Part shown: one piece after another, positions 25,947 through 32,000 of the stretch
Layout: each line of letters starts with the position of its first letter
Position numbering within the stretch: position 1 is the first letter of the stretch
From: an uncultured Nitrososphaerota archaeon
Lineage (GTDB): Archaea; Korarchaeota; Korarchaeia; Korarchaeales; Korarchaeaceae
NCBI GenBank assembly: GCA_964480775.1
Contig: CAYZRF010000008.1
Coordinates: 30,001-62,000, forward strand
Length of the DNA stretch: 32,000 nt
Reading direction: 5' to 3'
Made by a program: the position numbers and the translations under genes
Notes under the pieces: generated by a model
What the model was told of the DNA's origin: nothing
The model's database searches: none
What the model saw: only the letters and a program-made list of their open reading frames with translations

Positions 25947-27427
25947 ACGACCCTAGTAACCCCAGCCACCTCGTTTGTAATCCTAGTTGATATCCTCTCA
26001 AGGAGATCGTAGGGGAGCTTTGAGAATTTTGCTGTCATCGCATCAACGCTTTCAACGGCTCTTATTGCCACAATATGCCCGTACTCTCTGCTGTCGCCCT
26101 TAATCCCTGTACTTCTGTCATTTAATAGCACTGCGAAAAATTGCCAGATCTTAGAGGACAATCCCTCCTTCTCTATCTCCTCCCTAACTATCTTATCTGC
26201 CTTCCTAAGTAGCTCAACCCTTTCAGGAGTGACCTCTCCCAACACTCGCACTGCCAGTCCTGGACCTGGAAATGGTTGTCTTTCGATTATTTCCTCTGGT
26301 AGGCCAAGCCCTCTTGCAACAGTTCGAACTTCATCCTTGTAAAGATCCCTGAGCGGTTCAATAACCTTAAGGTTCATTTTTTCCGGTAATCCTGCAACAT
26401 TATGATGGGTTTTTATTCTGGCGGTAAGCCCTCTCCCAGATTCAACCCTGTCTGGGTAAATAGTTCCCTGAATAAGGAACTGAGCCTCTATATCCTTAGC
26501 AACCTCTTCAAATACTCTTACAAACTCATTTCCAATTAGTCTTCTCTTTTCTTCTGGATCTTTAACTCCTTTTAGCATATTGAAGAATCTTGAGCTAGCG
26601 TCAACGTAAATAACCTTCAATCCCTTTCCTTCAAAGAATTTCCTTACCTCTTCTGCTTCGCCTGCCCTCATTAGTCCGTGATCCACAAATACAGCGATTA
26701 CTCTATCTTTTAAGGCTTTGTAAGCTATCATGGCCGCTGTGCTTGAATCAACGCCTCCGCTCAGAGCTACTATGGCTCTGCCAGACCCCACTATCTCTCT
26801 AACCTCATCAATTGCTTTTTCCACAAAGCCTTCCATTTTCCATTCAGGAGAACACTTGCATATATCGAAAACAAAGTTCTTGAGAATTTGTATCCCATTT
26901 TCAGTATGGATTACCTCAGGATGCCACTGAATTCCATAAATTTTCAGTTTCTCATTCGAAAAGGCGGCTATAGGGCATGAGTCAGAAAATGCATCAACCG
27001 AGAAACCTTTAGGGACCTCTATCACTAGGTCTCTGTGACTCATCCAAACTCTTTCTTTTTCTTTAAGTCCCTTTAGAACACCCGTTCTCCTATTTAGGGA
27101 GACCAAACAAGTTCCAAATTCTCCCTTTGTTCCTTTGCTTACTTTTCCTCCAAGAATGTGAGCTATAAGTTGATGTCCATAGCAGATGCCTAGAACTGGA
27201 ATTGATCCATCTAAAAGTCTTCTATCTATAGTCGGGCCTCCTTCAAAGACACTAGCAGGCCCTCCAGATAGGATTAGACCTTTGACAGAAAAACCTACTG
27301 ATAGCACTTCTTCTTTAGAGATATCACCTGGAGCTATTTCAGAATAAACAGAAAGTTCTCTTATTCTTCTAGCAATTAGATGACAGTATTGTCCTCCATA
27401 ATCTAATACAAGTATCCCGTCAACCAT
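25901..27427 (-). CDS. guaA: GMP synthase (glutamine-hydrolysing), fused GATase and ATP-pyrophosphatase
   Basis: 508-aa ORF with the GATase Cys (GICYGHQL), the PP-loop SGGVDSS and the canonical C-terminus KPPSTIEWE. Confidence 0.95.
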   Translation of the reverse strand: MVDGILVLDYGGQYCHLIARRIRELSVYSEIAPGDISKEEVLSVGFSVKGLILSGGPASVFEGGPTIDRRLLDGSIPVLGICYGHQLIAHILGGKVSKGTKGEFGTCLVSLNRRTGVLKGLKEKERVWMSHRDLVIEVPKGFSVDAFSDSCPIAAFSNEKLKIYGIQWHPEVIHTENGIQILKNFVFDICKCSPEWKMEGFVEKAIDEVREIVGSGRAIVALSGGVDSSTAAMIAYKALKDRVIAVFVDHGLMRAGEAEEVRKFFEGKGLKVIYVDASSRFFNMLKGVKDPEEKRRLIGNEFVRVFEEVAKDIEAQFLIQGTIYPDRVESGRGLTARIKTHHNVAGLPEKMNLKVIEPLRDLYKDEVRTVARGLGLPEEIIERQPFPGPGLAVRVLGEVTPERVELLRKADKIVREEIEKEGLSSKIWQFFAVLLNDRSTGIKGDSREYGHIVAIRAVESVDAMTAKFSKLPYDLLERISTRITNEVAGVTRVVYDVTHKPPSTIEWE

Positions 27428-27562
27428 CTAGAAATAGAAGAAAGACTAACTAAAAACAATTCAAGGGCTGTTTCCCGTCGAGATGCTTTTATGCATCTTT
27501 TAGCATTAGAAATAGAAAAACAGCTTAGAAACTGATTATTTATGTCGGTGAATAATCAATAG

Positions 27563-28600
27563 TTAGGGTGTTATCGATACTTTCAAGACCTTTTTGGACT
27601 GTAAAATCGAATCAAATACCTCTTTTATCTCCTCTAAGGGTTTTTCCATAGATATTATTGGCTTAACGTTTATTTGACCTGAACTAATGAGATCAAAGGC
27701 CTTTGAAAACTCCTCTGGAGTTGCGTGGAAGGTCCCTAATAGCGTTACTTCGCTGTAGTGTAACAGCTCCGTATCTACTTCTATCTTTGTTCCAGAAGGA
27801 CATCCGCCGAACTCAAGGACAGTACCTCCTTTCGCAACAAGTTCTAAGGCCTTTTGCCAAGTTGTTGGTAAGCCGACAGCCTCTATGACAACATCAGCTC
27901 CAAGTCCCCTCGTCTCCTCCTTTACTCTGGATGCGATGTCCTCTTCAGAGACGTTTATTGTAACATCTGCTCCCAATTCTTCTGCTATCTTCAGCCTTTC
28001 CTCCACTAGATCCCCAATTATCACCTTTTTGGCTCCCATTCTCTTCGCCAGCTGAGTGTGAAGTATGCCTATAGGACCAGCTCCTATTACGACTACGGTA
28101 TCTCCTAGCTTAATCCCTGCCTTAAGAGCTCCGTGTAAAACGCATGCAAGCGGCTCTGTTATGGCTGCTTCCGCATAGGAAAGGTTAGGTGGTATTATAT
28201 GAAGGTTGTGCTTGACTATTGGGGCTGGAACCTTCACGTACTCTGCATATGAGCCCCATAGCCAGGTCCTGTTCTCACAAAGGTTGTATAATCCTTTTTG
28301 GCACATTGGACACTTGTAGCACGGTGTGCTGTTACCAGCCCTTATCCTCATGCCTTCTTCAATTCCCTGAACTCCCTCCCCTACTTTTACCACATCTCCA
28401 GCCCACTCATGGCCGAATGGTTGAGGGTACTTTATTATTCCCCCAACATAACCCCTCTTGTATATCTTCAGATCAGTTCCGCAGGTCGTAGCAGCCCTGA
28501 CCCTAACCAAGATCTCTCCTGGTCCTACTTCAGGTATATCAACCTCCTCAAGCCTCAGGTCTTTAACGCCATAAAGCAAGGCAGCCTTCATCTTACCCAT
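27563..28600 (-). CDS. Zn-dependent medium-chain dehydrogenase (alcohol/polyol/threonine dehydrogenase family)
   Basis: 345-aa ORF with catalytic Zn ligands (TCGTD, GHEWAGDV), the structural Zn motif CYKCPMCQKGLYNLC and the Rossmann motif VIGAGPIG. Confidence 0.85.
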   Translation of the reverse strand: MGKMKAALLYGVKDLRLEEVDIPEVGPGEILVRVRAATTCGTDLKIYKRGYVGGIIKYPQPFGHEWAGDVVKVGEGVQGIEEGMRIRAGNSTPCYKCPMCQKGLYNLCENRTWLWGSYAEYVKVPAPIVKHNLHIIPPNLSYAEAAITEPLACVLHGALKAGIKLGDTVVVIGAGPIGILHTQLAKRMGAKKVIIGDLVEERLKIAEELGADVTINVSEEDIASRVKEETRGLGADVVIEAVGLPTTWQKALELVAKGGTVLEFGGCPSGTKIEVDTELLHYSEVTLLGTFHATPEEFSKAFDLISSGQINVKPIISMEKPLEEIKEVFDSILQSKKVLKVSITP

Positions 28601-28632
28601 CTAACATCCCCTAAACCTTCATCTCAAATCAA

Positions 28633-29658
28633 TTAAGGTTTCTCTACAGTGATGAGAACCTTCAGACATTCCTTGGTCTTAGCTGCAAGCTCGAAGGCTT
28701 TTCCCACGTCATCAAGGCTGAACCTATGGGTTATGATCTTAGAGGCATCTATCCTTTTGGATGAGAGCAAGCTGAGGGCTTCTCTTGTCTCTACATGGCT
28801 GGTTGAGTAGGAAGGTATTATTGAAATCTCCTTGAAAAACAGCTCGTGAGGGCTTATCTCAACAAACTCCTTTGGGGAAGTGGGAGCAAAAAGAGATATT
28901 GTTCCTCCTTTTCTACAGGCATTAAGAGCGGTTTGAAATGCTTTAGGGCTTGATACTGTGAGGAAAACTACGTCAGCGCCCCTACCATTGCTCTCTTCCT
29001 TAACCTTTTCGACAAAATCTTCTTTCAGAGGGTTAATTGCTGGGCCAACTAGTTCAATAGCTTTTCTAACCCTATAATCTACAAGATCGCAGGTTATTAC
29101 CTTTGAGGCTCCTTTCAGCTTGGAGAGAAGGCCTAGCATTATGCCTGCTGGACCTGCCCCTATTACAGCAACGACATCTCCTAACTCCAAATCACACTTG
29201 TTTAAAGCCTTAATACAACATCCAAGGGGCTCTATTAGCGTGGCTTCCTCAAATGACATGTCCTTTGGAAGTTTTAGCGTGTCAAATTGGACATTGGGTG
29301 CTGGAACCCTGAAGAACTCTGCAAAACCTCCAGGATCCAAATGAGTTTTCCTAAACTGTTCGCACATGGTAAAATCCTGATGAGTACAGTAATAGCATGA
29401 CATGCATGGTACGTGATGATGAACGAAAACTCTGTCTCCAACGGAGAAGTTAGATCCCTCTTCTGCCTTAACGACAACTCCTGAAGGCTCATGGCCCAAG
29501 ACTAATGGTGCTCTATCTTTCAGATACCAGCTCATAAGGTCAGATCCACATATTCCACAAGCTCTCATTTCTACTAGTATTTCTGCTGAAGATATTGTAG
29601 GGACAGGTCGCTCTTCAATACGAAGATCTTCCAAAGAGTAGTAAACGGCTACTTTCAA
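28633..29658 (-). CDS. Zn-dependent medium-chain dehydrogenase, tandem paralog
   Basis: 341-aa ORF with CGICGSD, GHEPSGVV, CMSCYYCTHQDFTMC and VIGAGPAG. Confidence 0.85.
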   Translation of the reverse strand: MKVAVYYSLEDLRIEERPVPTISSAEILVEMRACGICGSDLMSWYLKDRAPLVLGHEPSGVVVKAEEGSNFSVGDRVFVHHHVPCMSCYYCTHQDFTMCEQFRKTHLDPGGFAEFFRVPAPNVQFDTLKLPKDMSFEEATLIEPLGCCIKALNKCDLELGDVVAVIGAGPAGIMLGLLSKLKGASKVITCDLVDYRVRKAIELVGPAINPLKEDFVEKVKEESNGRGADVVFLTVSSPKAFQTALNACRKGGTISLFAPTSPKEFVEISPHELFFKEISIIPSYSTSHVETREALSLLSSKRIDASKIITHRFSLDDVGKAFELAAKTKECLKVLITVEKP

Positions 29659-29747
29659 CTTAATCCCATAATCCTTACGAGGTTAAACTTATCATCTTGT
29701 CGAATGTCTAACGTACTGTATCCACTTCAATGACAATAGGTGAATTT

Positions 29748-30611
29748 CTAAGAGCGTTCTTTGATTTTACACAGAAGCATGACTACGCAGAATAGAGCGA
29801 TAATTGCCCTAACAACGAGAAATAACTTAAATGCGTTTCCAATGGAGTTCCCGAACACGGCGGAGATCATCCACCACATTGGATTTTCATTTAGAAGATA
29901 AGCTAAAATTACTCCAATGATATTTCTCGATTTATGATAGGCGTAAGAAAAGAGAAGACCAAAGAACAAAACATCAACTGGATCTAGTTTCCCTGTTATA
30001 AAAGGTGAATTGTACAGTCCCGACCAAAAAATAGCAATTATTGGAACCGCCAGTTTTCCTAAAAGAGGTGACAAAATCTCGTAAGGAACTGCTTGATAGA
30101 AAGCAAATGAAAGTATTCCGATTAATGTCCAAAACAAGATCGCTAAAAGTATAGTTCCCGAGGAGATTGGTGCTTCAACCCAACTAGGCTTTGCTGCAGA
30201 AAGCACGATGTCTATGCTCATGAGTTGTATGCTAACTATCCAGAGAACAGGTATAGGCAAGGAGAAGGCGTTGGCCCACAGAAAAGAATCAATTACTTTG
30301 CCTTCGGTACCAATAAGCGATTCAATGCTTTTCTGCAAGAAATTTGAGGAAAACCAGGTAAGGACAAACATTAGCACGAGCAAAGCTGCAGTATACACTA
30401 ACAGGGCGTATATCCTGTTGCTATGAATTCCTAAATTAGATTGAAGGAGAAAAAAGGATGCGACATAATTTAGCACGTACGCAACGACATAAAACATCAA
30501 TATGGCCTTTATTTCCCTATTACGAGATGGTTTCGCTTCAATCAAGCTACTCATATATTCACCTGTCCCTTGAATTCCTTGGATCATTTTGAAAAATCTG
30601 TGTAAGGACAA
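29748..30611 (-). CDS. Polytopic membrane protein, CPBP/Abi-like topology with degenerate catalytic motifs
   Basis: 287-aa ORF with about 7-8 TM. The C-terminal third (AVPYEILSPLLG ... FWSGLYNS ... FFGLLFSYAYHKSRNIIGVILAYLLNE) aligns by eye to CPBP motifs EExxxR, FxxxH and HxxxN, but most catalytic residues are replaced. Confidence 0.45.
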   Translation of the reverse strand: MSLHRFFKMIQGIQGTGEYMSSLIEAKPSRNREIKAILMFYVVAYVLNYVASFFLLQSNLGIHSNRIYALLVYTAALLVLMFVLTWFSSNFLQKSIESLIGTEGKVIDSFLWANAFSLPIPVLWIVSIQLMSIDIVLSAAKPSWVEAPISSGTILLAILFWTLIGILSFAFYQAVPYEILSPLLGKLAVPIIAIFWSGLYNSPFITGKLDPVDVLFFGLLFSYAYHKSRNIIGVILAYLLNENPMWWMISAVFGNSIGNAFKLFLVVRAIIALFCVVMLLCKIKERS

Positions 30612-30630
30612 ACTATAATTCTAATCTGGC

Positions 30631-32000
30631 CTATTTTTGATCTTTTTCAATTATTTCTAGAAATTTATCCCTTACTGGTTTATACACCTTTTCGAAAAAG
30701 CCTCTTTGATCTAGAAGCACCTCACTTGGAAAATTGGAGACATATCTTAACGCAGCGCTCCACGCTTGATCGTACGATATAACAGAGTTTATTCTTCCCG
30801 CTATCTGTCTATCATAGTCCTCTGGTCTCTGAATCTGATCGCCTATCGAGAAAAAGCCTTCTTTTGAGAGATAAGCGACCTCGTTTCCAACATGTTCTTC
30901 CAATCTCTCAGCCTCTTTGACCTCTACCTCTATTCGAGGTTTAGCTGCCTTTGCTTTAGCAGCCCTTCTTCCTACTCTCCCACCAGTTCTTTTGGCCCAA
31001 GCATAGAAGATTGCCCTGTTTAGTCCAAAGGATTTCGCCTTCTCTAGATCCCCTTTTAGAACATAATATCTCGCTGCCTGTAGGAGACCCATCACTTGAA
31101 ACCTTCCCAGTTTCTTGGCCTTCATTCTGGGTCTTTCCTTCCTTTTTTCCTTTGTAACAGGTGCTCCAGCTCTCGTCCTAACAGCTCCGACCACCCTTGC
31201 TTTAAAGTATCCTCCAATCTCACCAAGAGCTCTCTTCGCGAGATCATCTGCTTCTCCAACTTCATGTTCTCTCCATTCTGTGTTATGCCTTAGTTCACGT
31301 GGATCCAGCCAGCTTAGCGAGAATTCGTCAATTTCATTCGGTTTAAAGCAAACAGCTGCCAGATCAAGCGATCTATGTAGAGATAGCGGAACCGTAAAAA
31401 CTCGCTTGAGATCCATATCATTTTCAACAGCTAGTGGCCTTTCTGCTCTCTCAGAAGATTTAGCTATATCCTTTATTTTATCTTGAACCTTTCTAAGCAC
31501 GTATTCGACAACAGAGTAGGATATGTCAAGTGGGTTATGTTCCTTAAGTAGCTCAGACGAGAAGGCCTTCTCATGAATATGCACATGACAACCTCTACCC
31601 GACCATTTGAGATAGACGGACTTCACAACTCCGGCCTTTTCCAACTCTTCAATTATCGCCATAGCTGCTTCTGTTGTCTGTCTCCATCTGTCTAACTCGT
31701 TGTCGATATCCCAAATGGGAGAAGATAGAACTATGTTGTCTGGTTCTTCAAGATCCTCCTTAGAATCCAATTTTTCATAGAGATTAGCAGTCGCATAGTA
31801 GGTTCTTGGTTTAAAGAACTTAAATCTCTTGAGAACTGCTTCTACATCATTCGCTTCTTCAATTTTCAAAGGTTTTTTACCCAGATACCGGAAGAAAGTT
31901 CTTTTTTCTCCTGAAGGAGCCTCTACTGCCACCCATCTACTCTTACAATACTCTGAAATTTCTTTTTTTACTAACTCCTTTGAGTAATAACCAAGAACCT
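30631..32000 (-). CDS. Archaeo-eukaryotic primase catalytic subunit (PriS-like), 5'-partial at the window edge
   Basis: It has AEP motifs I (IWDIDNE), II (WSGRGCHVHI) and III (DMDLKRVFTVPLSLH), and a PriS-like N-terminus (RTFFRYLG...PRTYYATANLYE). The reading frame stays open upstream of the GTG at 31932 to position 32000 (..GYYSKELVKKEISEYCKSRW), so the true start is probably outside the window. Confidence 0.75.
   Translation of the reverse strand, partial: VLGYYSKELVKKEISEYCKSRWVAVEAPSGEKRTFFRYLGKKPLKIEEANDVEAVLKRFKFFKPRTYYATANLYEKLDSKEDLEEPDNIVLSSPIWDIDNELDRWRQTTEAAMAIIEELEKAGVVKSVYLKWSGRGCHVHIHEKAFSSELLKEHNPLDISYSVVEYVLRKVQDKIKDIAKSSERAERPLAVENDMDLKRVFTVPLSLHRSLDLAAVCFKPNEIDEFSLSWLDPRELRHNTEWREHEVGEADDLAKRALGEIGGYFKARVVGAVRTRAGAPVTKEKRKERPRMKAKKLGRFQVMGLLQAARYYVLKGDLEKAKSFGLNRAIFYAWAKRTGGRVGRRAAKAKAAKPRIEVEVKEAERLEEHVGNEVAYLSKEGFFSIGDQIQRPEDYDRQIAGRINSVISYDQAWSAALRYVSNFPSEVLLDQRGFFEKVYKPVRDKFLEIIEKDQK

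Noticed and set aside
31115-31486. 123-aa plus-strand ORF (and 31096-31293) inside the primase gene
   Set aside because: It is antisense to a region carrying clear AEP motifs, and the Ser/Leu-rich product is typical of a non-coding frame.
1-32000. CRISPR arrays, IS elements, integrases, or prophage or defence-island hallmarks
   Set aside because: Visual inspection found no regularly spaced direct repeats, no transposase, integrase or recombinase-like ORF, and no recognisable restriction-modification, toxin-antitoxin or nuclease/helicase defence genes. A computational repeat search would be needed to rule out short or degenerate repeats.

Overview
The window looks like archaeal chromosomal DNA. 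Evidence is a PriS-type archaeo-eukaryotic primase, A/T-rich TATA-like boxes about 25-45 nt upstream of start codons, GGTGA/GAGG Shine-Dalgarno-like motifs, and a Pro/Thr-linker surface protein. I support about 30 protein-coding genes and one gene remnant. By eye I found no rRNA, tRNA, CRISPR array, transposase or integrase. Most genes are housekeeping or peptide and amino-acid metabolism: a two-subunit CoA-transferase, GNAT acetyltransferases, an S9 serine peptidase, an MFS transporter, a TolB-like beta-propeller protein, TldD/PmbA and a flavodiiron protein. Further along are an amidohydrolase, an M29-type aminopeptidase, a D-aminoacylase, a CBS-less IMPDH convergent with GMP synthase, and two tandem Zn-dependent dehydrogenases. 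The poorly characterised, accessory-looking stretch is about 12.6-19.0 kb. It holds a surface-anchored SGNH-like protein with a cytoplasmic SHOCT-like tail, an atypical HxHxDH (metallo-beta-lactamase-like) protein, and a decayed O-methyltransferase fragment. My best candidate for an undescribed system lies here at 17399-18977 on the minus strand. It is a five-ORF cassette with almost no intergenic DNA: a DUF4405-like His-bearing 2-TM protein, an anchored His/Cys/Glu-rich protein, a small beta-rich ORF absent from the ORF track, a polytopic membrane protein and a wHTH regulator. The His/Cys-rich ORF and the small ORF look like one domain split by a frame change. The window ends inside a primase gene that lacks a Zn knuckle and carries a long basic/helical C-terminal extension. 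All family assignments come from motif recognition by eye and need profile or structure searches to confirm.
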